Program-made: the position numbers and the translations under genes | Source of the DNA: Phoronis australis | Taxonomy: Eukaryota > Animalia > Phoronida | Direction of reading: 5' to 3' | Assembly (NCBI GenBank): GCA_002633005.1 | Contig: NMRA01000102.1 | Location: forward strand, 176,710 to 240,709 | DNA: 64,000 bases | Notes under the pieces: generated by a model | Told to the model about the DNA's origin: nothing | The model's database searches: none | The model's input: the letters and a program-made list of their open reading frames with translations, nothing else | Part shown: positions 1-13,719 of the stretch, in pieces | How positions within the stretch are numbered: position 1 is the first letter of the stretch | How the letters are laid out: every line of letters starts with the position of its first letter

Positions 1-215
1 CTCTATATATAGACCTCTTGCCTCTATATATAGACCTCTTGCCTCTATATATAGACCTCTTGCATCTATTTATAGACCTCTTGCCTCTATATATAGACCT
101 CTTGAGTCTATAGACCTCTTGCTGTTATAGACCTCTTGCTGCTATAGACCTCTTGCTGCTGTAGACCTAGCATCTTGCTGCTATAGACCTCTTGCCTCTA
201 CAGACCTCTTGCCGC
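1..215. repeat. Minisatellite, 17-21-bp unit (TATAGACCTCTTGC core)
   Basis: Direct tandem copies. Confidence 0.9.
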
Positions 216-654
216 TATAATACTGGTCTCAACTTGTTCTGTACCAAATTTGGCTGTTGCTGTGCCTAATATTTGCCTTGCTGATTTTTGTTTCCACTCA
301 GATGATGTTTTAAGTTGAAACGAAACATTTGTTCTCGTGTAAGTATTGTAAATCTTCGCTTTACATGTTGTGTAACAATGCAACGGGGCAAAATGCCATC
401 TCATGCAACACCTTTAGTCCCTTAAGCGCAAACTATGTTCTTAAAATCGGTTTGATCCGGTATTTTGTCCTTTATATGGGTGCTTTCTCTGTACGTAGTT
501 ATTTTCAAATTTTAGGAAAACATATTTCTACTCACCCTGATGTATATGTGCATTGGACGCTTGACAGAAAAAAATCGAAACCATAGCATCGTAGACACAT
601 AAGCTATTTTTCAATGACCGCAAAGTTGACGTGGTGGCGACCAGAGAGATCAGC

Positions 655-800
655 TTCCCATTCAGTAACGCTAGGACCTCGCTAAAAAAGCAAGACCTCG
701 CGAGATAACGTGAGGTATTGCTCTTTTTAATGAGAACACGTGACTTTGGCTAGATTTTAGCTAGGTGCTAGCGTAGGTCCTAACGCTACTGAACGCACGC
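655..800. mobile_element. MITE (inverted copy at 17951-18100)
   Basis: TTCAGTAACGCTAGGACCT termini; reverse-complement match to 17951-18100. Confidence 0.7.
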
Positions 801-1331
801 CCGGTCGCATATTACCCTTAATATATGAAAATGTACCTATGAACGGATATTTCTTTCATTATCACAACCTAAAAAGCAAGATATAGACCAGGTCTACTAA
901 AGTACACAAAATATGCCATGCATTTGATCCGGACATGAGTTGAATTGACTGGGTGGTCGGGCATTCGTTGTTTTGTTTTGATTAGACTTTCAATGACAAT
1001 GTCCTGATCACGTGATTGTGTTACTCAACTAGGTACTAAATGATGTAGACACACTTGTGTCTAATGCTCTGGTTTATAAAGCGAAACTGAATATTTTATT
1101 AACTGTTTAACCCACAACAAACCATGCTCTGATGTCTACAAGTTGCAGGCGTACTTCTTCTATAGCAACTTCTATCCTGTCATCAGGTGAATTGAACTTA
1201 GTTAGAATTATGAAAACCCACGGAATTCTCTGACGTCACACTGCTTTAGTGGCTCAAACTAACACGCCGTGACCTTCAAATGGCATGAGCCTCGGTCTGA
1301 ACAGACTGACAGTTCTTCTCAAACCTAGTAA

Positions 1332-1973
1332 GGAGGCACTGGACAGTTCTCACAGAACACACGTCAATGGACTCTTCACCCTTTTTCACTCTTTTTACAA
1401 AATTGCATTCAAAGAAAGAAAAGTATTGAATCATTTCACATCACAAGTCTTATAGATGAGCACAGAAACTTTATTCTCTCTTGTATTTTTGACCCTTTCA
1501 CTCTCACAGAAAAGCAGGCTAAACTAAGAAAAATAGGGGCTAAAACGCAAAATCGGCACTTTTCACCCCAAAACCACCACTTCCCCCCGATGCTAGAATA
1601 AAGCCAACATTAGATTCCGAAAGCAAATGTCCTACTAACTCCAAAAATGTGGTACAAATGTACTGTCAACTACCTAGCTTTTTGCAAATGTGGCTTGTTT
1701 GAGGGCAATCTGAAATCGCGGCCAATTTCTCAGTTGCTACCCAGCAATGCACAATTGCAACATGGGGCCACCATCTTGAAGAAAAGTGCAGCTACAGCCA
1801 AGCATGTGGCCTTTTTCATTGTCAACATGTTCACAAATACAAACAAGCCACATTCACTCGGCCTACATACAACACCCAACTAGAAAATGCCCCCAAGCCT
1901 GTCCTACCCCTAGATTTTAATATTTTGGGAGTGCAAATTGGCCGCAGCCGCAGCCTAACTGTTCAGTGCCACC
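1332..1973. mobile_element. Non-autonomous TIR element (Harbinger/Tourist-like), uninterrupted copy
   Basis: GGAGGCACTGGACAGTT...AACTGTTCAGTGCCACC with TAA on both sides; colinear with the interrupted copy 12841-18370. Confidence 0.75.
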
Positions 1974-3033
1974 TAATCCTTTACACTCTGATAAGGGAAT
2001 AAGATGACTCCAATTTTATACCTGCTCAAATCAAAGGTCGGGTTTATTATTAAAATGTTTAATGTTTGCAAATAGTTTCTTCTTGTAATCGGAATGTCTT
2101 ACTTATATTTCCCATTGATGTAACTGTTCTGTATTACTGCATACAAAATGTCTCTTCTTCCCCCTCTTCCTTTTCCTCGTCTTCAGTCTTCATCTTCTTC
2201 TTCTTCTTTTTCATGGTAATTAGGGACACATGGAGTCACCATGCCCAACACTTGAGAAGAATGAGCAACGGACACTAATTAAAGTATCCACTGGTTAAAA
2301 TCAAACTCTGATACTTATTTTATATGATGGGGCCCGTTTTATCGATGGCCATACACCCGGTCGTAGCTAAAACGATCGGCGTAGGAACATTGTTATGGTG
2401 CATTTTGTTACATTGCTACTGACGTAAACTTGATTAGTGGCCACATTTAAGTTGAACACCGTCCTCCTGTTTGCCAATAAAAATAAGATATTAAGACCTC
2501 ATTGCTAAAACCAGACACAGCCCACGTCCTTTGATGAAACGGAGCTCTGTTGCATCTTTTTTTTTGAAGCAGACTAGCACTATCGCGGCGATGTTTTATC
2601 TGGAGACATCAGTTGCCACGTGGGTGCAAAGCTCTTGAGGTTCACATTACGTTGTCTGACGAACCGAGCAATTAGGAAGATGGCGATTCTGCCTTTCTTT
2701 TGGTGACGCTTTTTTGAGTGCTAGCAAATCTAATTGGTTTTTGTTTCCATTAAGCGTAGCTTGTTGTTGTAGTACTTGGCCACGTATAGATAAACTCGAG
2801 GAAGTTAAGCCATGCACGCAAATATTGTGTCTAGCCGCCATGGTTCAGTAGGAATGGCGTGCTGTTAAAGTAAAGTAAATGTTGTCCACATAACTAAGTA
2901 GTGACTTTACTATAGCAATGTGCGGTCATTCTGGTTCAAGAATGTTACGATAACGTAGAAACTAGCAAACTGATTTTTTTGAAATCCTGCTACTGCATAG
3001 GATGATTATCAGCAATCATTTTTATGCTCCCAC

Positions 3034-3149
3034 ACATACATACATATATACATACATACATACATACATACATACATACATACATACATACATACATACA
3101 TACATACATACATACATACATACATACATACACATATATATATATATAT
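3034..3149. repeat. (CATA)n/(TA)n microsatellite
   Basis: Direct inspection. Confidence 0.95.
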
Positions 3150-3600
3150 TTGCTCGATATCTCAAACCTCCTTTGTTGGATTTTGATGAAATTTGGCGCG
3201 ATTGAGTGTATAAGGCATCATTAGAATTTTGTCACTTGTAAGCTGTTCCCCAGGACCAAAGAGAGACTGTGTTTTTGAAGAAGAGAGTTACCGGATGTTA
3301 TCTAGAGAACCAAACTGGCTATTTCAATGGAACTTGACACAGGTGTATGAACGACATTGCGCCGACACCGAAGTCGATTTGCGGGCGGATTTAACTACTG
3401 CAGCACTCCCTAGTGCCGTGGCCGTGTTGGTCTCGACAAGGGCTTTTTCAGTCTTACTTTTGGGGAAAGGCATTTCCGGGTGATATCTAGGAAGCCAGTT
3501 GACAAATTTCAATGAAACTTGACACTGATGTAAGTGACGATTATCGGGCGGGTTCAACACCCCGGATTCAGCAACCTAGTGGCCATTTTTAGAGGACTTA

Positions 3601-3745
3601 GCTGGCCTATAGTGGGACAGGTTACAACTTTCTTTACTTCAAGTCGTGTGGTCGAGTCCCCATGAGACACACTGGTAGATCCTTAAGTCAGATCTCGCAG
3701 CTTATCAGCTCTGTTTATCTAAAATATGAGTCAATCAATCAATCA
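3601..3745 (+). mobile_element. Diverged tRNA-derived SINE with (TCAA)n tail
   Basis: TGGCCTATAGTGG...GTCGAGTCCC head similar to 13047. Confidence 0.55.
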
Positions 3746-6700
3746 GTAATCACGTATTTTAGTGACCTGTAGCAATTGCTACCCAGACACAACTTGGGCT
3801 TATAAGTGACCAGAACATTTGGCATGTTTTATTTCTTTGTTGACAATTGTTTTTTCACTGGTTTGATTTGTTGTTAGTATCACCAGTTGAGGTTGAGTTG
3901 TCTATTCTGTCTAATAATGCTACTCCTTGGGTCAAATAGTTGTCTTGTACCCTTTGAAACATCATGGTTTCGGGGCAGATTGGGAGCATATCAACGCTTC
4001 GCTCTTATTTTATATAAACGCTCAACTAAAATACAAGAGGGATCAAATTTGAAATAGTTGTTGATTCATCACGAACGAAGGCAAATTGGCCTAGAACATA
4101 TGTTGTATTCCTCTGCCAATGTCACTTTTCTTCCTTGGATGAATGGTTTATCGTTGTTTATGCTTCGTTAATCCTGGCTGTTGTATCAGACATGTGCCGT
4201 GTGCGCTCACTAGTTCAATTCCATGTCAAATTACCAACAAGCCACTTTCAAGTTATGCCTGACACTGAAATAAATTACAACTCTGAAAATATAACCGTGG
4301 AATTGTTTACATATCTTTTACGCAACAGCATTTCAATAGTTCTACTTGCGTCATAAAATATGGTAAAATTACCATAAATTCTTTGAAACGGAGCTGACAA
4401 CAGAAAAGCGTTTATGAACAATCAAATTTAATGGTTCTGAACCCAATTTATTAAATTTTTGCGTAAGTTAACGCATCAATTACTAATCATTCTAAACATC
4501 CACGGCTGCAATTGTTGACCAGTGAACGCCAATAATTTCCAGCCGCCAGTTCTCGATAACTCGGCCATTGCAATCTGCCTTGAAGCATTCTGATGTTAAA
4601 AACACCAACTTCATTCGTTACTGGGGTATTTGGTATTATTCTTTGTTTGAATTAAATTGGGCTACAATCGCGGGTCTAGAATTCCCTTATAGACCATTAT
4701 GTCATGGCCAATTAAACCAACCCACCATTACAAGCAAGTTGAAGAACCCTGACTGCAGTTGTAACGACTTACGATTTCTTTCTAAAACTAGAAATCATTT
4801 TGAATCTGAGATGCTACTGGTTTTACAGTAGTGTAGTAAATGGTCTAAATCAAAAGGTTGGCGTGGGTCACGTGACACACGCATTTAGGCAGTCGTTTGA
4901 ATGTGACTCTGTGCTTATATTCTGTATCAGGTATCTCAAAAAGTCCTACAATTTAACTTCAAATATTTTTAAACGTATGTGGCCAATAACCACTTCAGTT
5001 AATACAAAATAACGTCATTCTGTTCTCTTTTAAGAATGTGAAATAGCGGGAATTTCGGAAGAAACAACAATCTGAAATTGCCAGTCAAAAGTTTTCTATT
5101 TATCATTTCAATGGTTTATGTGCGCGTGCTTCTTCAATAATCATTTTTTTCTGCCATCCCTAAACGCATCCCTCTAACCAATAATTTGTCTATATAGAAT
5201 CTTTATCAGCTATTGCAAATGCTAATCAGTCAGTCATCAATCTCCAGTTGAAGGTGCCATGTGTGCCTTCCTGCTCGTTTCTCTTTTTCTACCCGCTTTT
5301 AATTCTTTCTGAAAAAACAACTTATTTTGAAATTACAATTTCGTGAGATAAATTTTGTTTTCTCTTCGAATAGCCCACGCACAGAACAAATATTATTGTC
5401 TGGCATTTGCAGTTGCTAATTTGAAGATTGGCATTTCTTGCATAATATTCAATGAATCGTACTGTACTTTGACTAGACATAGGTTGGTTTGCTTCGAATT
5501 TAATGAATACTCAGCTGCCCAATTAATCACAAGTGTATTTTCAAATTAGAATATGGGACATTTCGAGATACGAGATATGCGAAACATTGGGGTTAAACGG
5601 TCAAACAATGTTTAAAATTGAATGCAAATGAAGGCTGACTTATCCAACAGACAACACTTGATAGTTAACCTGTTCTCAATTTTGATTAACTGCGTATTTG
5701 CGAACTTCTGAAAACTCTGATTGCCTTTCTTGTGCTGAATTATACGTTGAATTCTCAATATTATTGAAAATAAGTAAGGATCTTTTCTCCGCACTTAATT
5801 TAAGGTTAAGTCCCTATTTATTTTCATTGAGCTAAGGGCTCAGGTTTTAGTTATATTATTAAAAATGTAATTAGCCAAAGAAAAGCTCATAATAAAGATA
5901 AAATGATAGAAAAAGATTTCATCTGCGAGTGTAAAAGACAAAAATACGCAATGAATTTAGGGATCTTAGTTGAGTCCCTTAGTTGAGTTGGAACTGTGTC
6001 ATGCAAGTGGACTCTGATGTCTTAACAATTTTTATATGAAAAGCTTCACAAGTCACATGAAAGCAACAGTCTACCCTTACATTTCCCTATAGAGCCATTT
6101 TAAATTTGGAACAATAATTATTGAGGCTAAAATGTTAGTAACGTCTGTCGAATTAGCAAACGGTGTGGTAAGATATTAAATCGGATTCATACTTTTTATT
6201 CTTGAACAGACACATAGTTTTGTATAAGAATTTATTAATGTAGTAACGTCTAATGTCTTATTGGGTTAAGACTGGATTAAATGTCTCTTTAATGAAATAA
6301 GTGATGGATGTTGCAGTGCATGTATTCTGCCTGACATCCTGTCCCAATCTGGTCTACAATCTTCAGTCTGTCTTTACTATCACATACTTGAGGTGAGCTA
6401 ACAGGAGAAATTCCCATTACCCTGATCGATCATTACCAGCACGTGCGCCTGATATTATTCTGCCAACTCCAAACTAATTCGCATTCCGTGCAAATTCGCT
6501 AATTGTGTTTTATACTTTTATAGGAGTAAAAAATGTCAGATTACAATCGTGCTGTTTAACATTATGTTGTTATCGAACAGTCATGAAACGTTTTAAAAGC
6601 AGTTGATGTGCGGTAAGATGAGTTGTCATGTGAGTCCCCACTCTGATGATCCGGAGATTCTACCTTTCGAATTTCTTTTAGTCCGAAAATCGGATTTGTC

Positions 6701-6916
6701 AACAGCTTATGAATCAGATACACGGCGTGCAGTTAGTCGGACGATTACTGTTCCACGTATTCAAAGAAATCGCTTGAGGTTGCTAAGGGTGTTTTGCTCG
6801 TCACGTGACGAATTTATAGAAATAGTTTGCATCAGGTCTCACCAAGAGCACATTATATACCGCGACCTCACAAACTTAACCCGTGTCGTTGCCTGCTAGG
6901 TAGAAAGTGTTATCCG

Positions 6917-7177
6917 CATGCGTGCACCCAGTCTTGAAAATGGGGGACTCGAATTCTCTGTCGATGTGGACCTTTTACTGACAAAAATTCGGGAGGACTA
7001 AAAAAACGGGGTACCACCTTCATAACTGTGAACTGTGCGTCTGCGTCTTTTTACTGGACTTTTGTCTATTTTTCTCGGACTTTTTGTTTCTCTGAAGCGG
7101 ACCTTTTTCCCCACTTCGCCAAATGGAGGGGGGGGGGGCTCGTTCGAGCCCCCTGAGCCCCCCTGGGTGCGCGCACA
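6917..7177. mobile_element. MITE with 5-bp TSD
   Basis: CATGCGTGCACCCAG...CTGGGTGCGCGCACA flanked by ATCCG; inverted copy at 30804-31052. Confidence 0.75.
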
Positions 7178-9841
7178 ATCCGTAAATTACGCTTGTAAAT
7201 TATGAGGGTAAACACGCCTTTTCACGCCCGTGTTACGATCGTGAACTTAGTACGTACATTTCGAGCTAAAATCACGAACGTACATTTATGTCGTTTTACG
7301 CTTGTCGCTTTTCACTCGTTTACTCTGGTCGTTTTAGGCGCTGGTCGTTTTACGAGCGTGATCGGCGAGTGTAATTATACTGTAGTACAACTTTTTCAGG
7401 GCTCATATAACCTGCAACCTAATCTTTCATTGGATATAACGATTATGCTTGTAAAACACGGGCGTGAAAAATGTCTGCAACCGTAACTAAACGGGCGACA
7501 CTTTACCCCCAGCGTCCAACGATAAACCCAGGGATGGGATGTTAAATCCTATCCGGCCCCCACCGTCCCGTCTTGGGAGTAGCTTCTTTGCAAATGTAGT
7601 GAGGGGACCTATAAGGCTACCTCATCGCTAATGGAACTAATCTGCCGCACGCTAGGCGGGACCCCGAAAAACGAGAGTATGAATTATTTGATGTCGAAAT
7701 TCAAAATGAATGTATGTTATAGATAACTCATTTTAATTAAAGATATATTTGTTTTATTAACTGATCAATACATTCCTTCAGGTGAATGGTCACCATGATG
7801 GCAGGGGCTGTAACGTCGTGCGAATTTTTAACTCCAACTCTCGGAGAACAAATGCCTTTCCAGTTACTGTAGCATTGGATTTTCCGTCATTTCAAGCACG
7901 ACTACTCGAGCTACTGAATTTAATATTTTCTTTACCATTTCCTGAGTTATGGTTTACGGAAGAAATTAAAGCACTATGATTAAAACTTGGGTGCTGACGT
8001 GTGTGCAGCAAAATCACTGTCCCGTGGTGGAAAAACAAAATGACGACCTTCGCTCGCGCAGCTGCTTCGAATGTTGGATTTGTTATCCTTACTATCAGTT
8101 TTGCTAAGTTTCACCTATCGTGACCCCCTCAATGTATCATTTCTTGGAAACCGATGAAACAGAACTGCGATTGCTGGAGTGTCACTCCCGGAGCAGACCG
8201 TTGGCCTGACTAGGCCACATAAACACGTTGATGGCAAAAATATATCTTCTGAACTGTACAACAACACTCCAGGGGGCATTCCATAGATATATACAGACAT
8301 ATGAAAAAATGTGAAAGCATTTGTCCTATATTTTGTCAAAAGCAATTTTGTTCCGTACATAAACTTACGTACATCTCGTTTTCAAAATTTTACAACAAAG
8401 ACATCATCATGTGACCGATTCAATGGAAGATTGATATAAAATTCTTCATACTTTCTACTTCCAGAAAACAACGACACTATTCTATACAAGTACACATTGT
8501 TATTACTTTATTAGAAGATTAACAGTCTCAGCGCCTCCTCTTGGCTGGAGGAACTAAATTCTACTCGATAAATAGTAGAAGTAAACGTATTTCACTAGTT
8601 AAGTCACCGGCTTTTATTTCAGCGAATGTCTGACGGACAACGGCGAGAATTGGCGATTCGCAATAAAATCACAAAAAACAACGGATTTTGTTGTTTATAG
8701 TTCTGCTCAAAGCCAATAACCTCAACAAGTCTATCCTATTGAACAGTGATCCCAAAATGCGTTATCTTGACATATAATCGCAAAAAATAAAAAGGGAAAC
8801 TATGAATATGTTTTTAAAAGCTTACAATGTCCATTGATGTTCCGAAGATTAATTTTATAATGGCTCAAAACTGTTCAAAGTGTTACACAAACGTCTGTGG
8901 TATTGTCTTTTACTGAAAGTAAAAGGCTATACAAAAAACAAAACTAATCTTTAGTTCTAAACTGCCAAGAGCAAGAGACATGATTTTAATGTAAAATTTT
9001 AAAAACTTTTTTTTGTGACGCTACCTTCTGCTTTCTCTGCTATTGTATTCCGTGTTATGTTTAGATCTCTAGATATCTAAGAGGTAATTTTAAGTACTAC
9101 CACTTGCCAAAACTGCGAAAATCACTTCAATTTTCTTTACGCACGTGCCAATGTTTGCGAGAAAATGTCCTCATTTTTAAAACAGATTTTTCCGAATTAA
9201 ATTTGCAGTTCCCACAAGTGAGCCAAAGTTCTCAAATGTGCACACCTGCTCCGATATCGTCCTTGCATCCGCTGTTGTGGGCTCAATTTCACGCTAATCT
9301 GTTCATTCATATATCTCTGCACCGTTATTTGCGCGACCAACATGTGGTTGTGTGCGCTCCTATTTCTCAGGTCATGACAAGCCACACGGTGTCGAATTCC
9401 GTTTCAACAACAAATGTTTTAACGAATTTCTCCCAGAAACGAAACTTGAAAATTAATAAGGATTCATTTGTCGTGGATCAATAGCCATTATTCGATTATT
9501 ACCTCCAAAGTACGAGTAAAATGATTGAATTTTTATAAATTTTATCGTTTCGTTTCAGAATGTTTATTTAAATGGTCACTTACGAGAAGTCCGACAAGAA
9601 AGATGATTACCATTTGAGCAATTCGAATTTTTTTAGTATTACAACCTTGGATTTTCATGACCTAATGTCAAGGATTTCGCCCAATCGCGCATGGTTTTAC
9701 AAATAAACAAGTACTTTTTGCACGATTAATGAATTATGCAGATAAGAGTACAAGAAATAAGAAACGAACAGATTGCGTTTAAATATGATTCATATACAAG
9801 TTGACGTAATTGGTGAATAATTCACATACATTTTGTTTCAG

Positions 9842-9955
9842 GTGTTTTGGACAATGTTACTATGACAATGATGAACAAGCCTCGTTGTGGAAATCCTGAA
9901 GGAGTGGGAAATGGTGATTTGGCGAGACGTCGTCGAAAGCGATATACTCTTCAAG
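9842..9955 (+). CDS. Matrix metalloproteinase exon (first exon found; propeptide with cysteine switch and furin site)
   Basis: tttcag|GT acceptor. Translates (G)VLDNVTMTMMNKPRCGNPEGVGNGDLARRRRKRYTLQ(G): PRCGxP cysteine switch plus RRKR furin motif. Donor gttac, phase 1-1. Upstream signal-peptide exons not located. Confidence 0.93.
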
Positions 9956-10865
9956 GTTACAATCTGTACATGAAACTAATTGTGGAATACAATATTAAAA
10001 AGATTTCTCACAACATAATGTGATGATCAGTAGTTCGTAGCGTCCAATGGTTGCCTTGTTCCTCGCCGCCCGGATAACGAAATACTGCCACATTTCTGAC
10101 AGTATTTACTTCATTATTTACAAACTTACTCACTACTTTCTCATTTTAAGTCCGTTGGTGTCAAAATGGCTTTTTTCACTGGCGGTTGCATTTGCCCTTC
10201 CAAAACAATGTCATCGTGTTCTTGTCTTGAACGGAACACCACGGTGTCAATTTGCTCCAGTTCAGTCCCGTTTTCACACATACTTGTGCTGGAACCGTGT
10301 CAGCTGATCCGTGTCGACTTTTGTAGTTTAAACGGCACTATAGAACGTCTTGCTCCGTGTCAATAAAATGGCTAGTATTCTGCCATACCGCTTATGTGGC
10401 TGTAACTAACCCGCCATGTCAAGAAAACTTCACGAGCCTGTTTTGAAGCTCATCGAACATAGAAATCTTTTTACTCTCTGTAAGGAACACGGTGAGGTAT
10501 ATTTCATTTTAAGTGTCCTTAACCAAAGTTGCTTTTTGATAGAGTGCGCTTTAAGAGCAGGGTAAAATGTAATGCTCTTATTATGCAACAGCTAATCGAT
10601 TACTCGTAGTCTAACAACTTTTCAACGTCCGTAAATAGCATACAAGCTGTATAATACAAGAAGACAAATTTACAGTCTTTATAATGGTCCAACCAAAGTT
10701 CCTCAGAATGGAAACTACGTCCTGTAGGTGCTCTTTCGGGAACAGGACAAGAATTCACAAAGCGTTTCCTTATGAGTGAGAGGCTGAGTGGCATTAATCT
10801 GGGCTTCGTTCTGTAGATATAAGCAACTCGCTAGAAAAGCTAACGTGGTCTTGTGTTTCGCTTGT

Positions 10866-11190
10866 ATGGCATGTCGCGAAGACATGCGATAGCGTTATCG
10901 CTTGTAATGCATGGCGATATGTCGCGAAGACATGCGATAGCGTTATCGCTTGTAATGCATGGCGATATGTCGCGAAGACATGCGATAGCGTTATCGCTTG
11001 TAATGCATGGCGATATGTCGCGAAGAAATGCGATAGCTTATCGCTTGTAATGCATGGCGATATGTCGCGAAGACATGCGATAGCGTTATCGCTTATAATA
11101 CATGGCGATATGTCGCGAAGACATGCGATAGCGTTATCGCTTGTAATGCATGGAGATATGTCACTGAGACTTGCGATAGCGTTATCGCGA
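10866..11190. repeat. 48-bp minisatellite, about 6.5 copies
   Basis: TGGCGATATGTCGCGAAGACATGCGATAGCGTTATCGCTTGTAATGCA units. Confidence 0.92.
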
Positions 11191-11462
11191 GTTTCTTGAA
11201 TAAGCGAAATGTATAGGTGACACCGGTTTGCCGCAATACATACGAGAAAATCTTAAGTGATCACTTGCTTTGCCTCTACTGCATAGCAATGTCTCGCGAA
11301 GACTTTCGATTGATAAATTATATAAGTTTTATGAAACAAAGGATTGACGGTCTTTCGTACACGGCAGATTTAAACTAAAATGTTTAAAATACCACTTTTG
11401 CTCCCACTTACAAACCTCTTCATTCGTTCCTGTATTTTTATATTATCCTTTTTCCCATTCAG

Positions 11463-11563
11463 GGAGCAAATGGCCGAAAACTGATTTAACTTATCGCGTA
11501 GCACGTTACACCAGTGACATGACCATGGACCAGATAGACAGTGAATTTACCAAGGCTTTTAAG
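11463..11563 (+). CDS. MMP exon (catalytic domain start)
   Basis: ttcag acceptor; (G)SKWPKTDLTYRVARYTSDMTMDQIDSEFTKAFK; donor gtacgt; phase 1-0. Confidence 0.93.
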
Positions 11564-12082
11564 GTACGTCTCGTCATCTTGAAGTGATATGGTCGTGCGC
11601 GGGGGCTCAGTCGTCGTATGTGCATTATAAAATTGTCCCATGAGAGCAAGTCAGTGTCATTGGCATGTTAACTGCCTTAAATTTGCCAAAAACCTTAGTT
11701 TGAGTTGAGCTATACTGGGGCCTCTGAATGCGCGTTCACTTCCACTATTTTAAAAGTTCTGTATGTTTATGTGATTGAATTGTATTTTATGCATCGTAGG
11801 ATTTGTTCCTACACAGACTTTGTTGCCATCTTTAACACTTGTACACGGTTTTAACATTTTAATGCCATGAATTAATTAATACCCTTCTACTGGAGTCCAA
11901 ATTGCATTTTCCGAATAAAATGTTGACATTGGCGTCACGTGTAGGTGGCTGGTGTCACGCATAACTGATATAAAAGAAGTTGGTCTATAAAAATATCACA
12001 TTATCATATATCCTTGTTCTAAGAAATCGAAGAACTCAAGTTATCGCGATTCTAAGCTAAATTTTCTGACGTTTAACCCCAG

Positions 12083-12290
12083 GTTTGGGCAGATGCGTCT
12101 CTTCTCACCTTCACCCCTGTTGCCGGGACTGGACCAATCGACATTAAAATTGAATTCCACATGGGGGATCACGGGGACGGCAACCCGTTCGACGGACCGT
12201 CATACACCCTTGCGCACGCTTTCTATCCACAGTACGGAGGGGACGCACACTTTGATGATGACGAAAAATGGGTTAATGACGGAAGTGAAG
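12083..12290 (+). CDS. MMP exon (catalytic domain, structural Zn/Ca sites)
   Basis: cccag acceptor; VWADASLLTF...HGDGNPFDGPSYTLAHAFYPQYGGDAHFDDDEKW...; donor gtgagt; phase 0-1. Confidence 0.96.
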
Positions 12291-12435
12291 GTGAGTGGTC
12301 GTGAGACCTGTTACTGTACAGTATGTTGTCCAGTTGGCGTATGCTAAATGTCAAAGAATGATTTGAAATCCCGTCGATCAGCAAAGGCAATGTAATTTCC
12401 TCAGTGATTTTTGATGTTTCATAAAGTTGACATAT

Positions 12436-12490
12436 GTTGCTGCTGCTGCTGCTGCTGTTGTTGTTGTTGTTGCTGTTGTTGTTGTCGTTG
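12436..12490. repeat. (TGC)n(TGT)n microsatellite
   Basis: Direct inspection. Confidence 0.9.
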
Positions 12491-13046
12491 TACAGCAACC
12501 AATAAAAGGTATCCGAACTTTGTCATCGACACATCCAATTCTGTGAAATTAAAAACTTTGATATCTGATTGCAAATTGACTCGTACTGTCCCACGTAACC
12601 GCGTGTACTCCATACGTGTGGTAATAGCCCCAATTTGCTCCGTGGTGTGACAATTCATAGCCTACAAGCAACAGTTTTTGTTAAGCCAAGTTCATTATCT
12701 ACCTTCCGCATAACTCCAGTGAAATGTCATTGTTTCTCAATCTAGAACCCTATTGACATAAATGAGGGAAATCATGACCCAAGTTTGCGTTTGCCGACAA
12801 ACGGGAAATAACGCTTCACTTCCTAAGACCTTTGACCATAGGGGGCACAGAACAGTTCTCACAGGTGTTTGCCTATCAGAACACACCTCAATGGACTCGA
12901 TACCTTTTTTCACTCTGTCAAAAACTACAGGCATAGAATGAAGTTTTGAGTCATTTCACATCACAAGCAGGGCTCGACGCTATTAAAATCGCTAGGTCGC
13001 ATTTTGCGACCTAGCCAAAATCCCAGGTCGTATTTTCAAAACCCAG

Positions 13047-13286
13047 AGGAGGCAGTGTGGCCTTGTTGATAAGTGCCCGCTTTCTTTACTCGAGGTCGTG
13101 GGTTCGAGTCCCACCATGTCCCACTGCTAAACCCTTGAGCCAGGTTTCTAGGTCCTCAGCTCGGTTTTAACCACATACTAATAAAGCATAAAAATATTTC
13201 CAGGTGATCAGTGCAATGGGCCCACATGCGAGGCCTGCGCACGTCTGGTACAACGTGTATAAGACCGCCTGCAATTATTTTTTATA
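13047..13286 (+). mobile_element. tRNA-derived SINE
   Basis: A-box-like GTGGCCTTGTTG and B box GGTTCGAGTCC; 12-bp TSD TTCAAAACCCAG; related head at about 3601-3745. Confidence 0.8.
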
Positions 13287-13318
13287 TTCAAAACCCAGCT
13301 CGCATTCATAAATGCCAG

Positions 13319-13719
13319 GGCCCGGTCTCCAATCTTTTTACTCGAAATGGAACTCGAAATTAGGTTTGGCATTTTCTACTCTACTTTTGGGCGAACTCAA
13401 GATAAGTGTCTATTATTCTATGCTCGAGTACACAATAACTTACGTAGATAATTTATTGCCCTTAGTTCACAGTTTTTAAACCCAATATTAAAGCAATAAG
13501 TTTGAGTTTGAACTCGAAATTTCGAGTTTTTACTCGAGTTTGTAGCACGAATATAAGGGTCTTCAAGGGCAAACTTGAACTAGAAACTCCTATGCATAAA
13601 CTATAATGTATTCGAGCACAGTCTGATAACCAATTATCTTAAGTTCGCACAAAAGGAGCAGAGAAATTGCCAAAAATAGTTTCGAGTTCGTTTCGAGTAC
13701 AAAGATTAGAGACCGGGCC
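13319..13719. mobile_element. Harbinger-like MITE
   Basis: Near-palindromic GGCCCGGTCTCCAATCTTT...AAAGATTAGAGACCGGGCC with CAG TSD. Confidence 0.8.

Noticed and set aside
3002-3224. HTYI-repeat ORFs
   Set aside because: Translation of the (CATA)n microsatellite
4135-4356. Hydrophobic ORF as a possible MMP signal-peptide exon
   Set aside because: Starts at TTG; no convincing donor or propeptide motif (YLxxFGY, FQ..GL..TG)
7782-7979. Good acceptor followed by PVTVALD, resembling the MMP PVTGxLD motif
   Set aside because: The true GxLD is in exon 9842; no compatible donor or other MMP similarity
12411-12658. Poly-Cys / poly-Gln ORFs
   Set aside because: Translations of an intronic (TGC/TGT)n microsatellite
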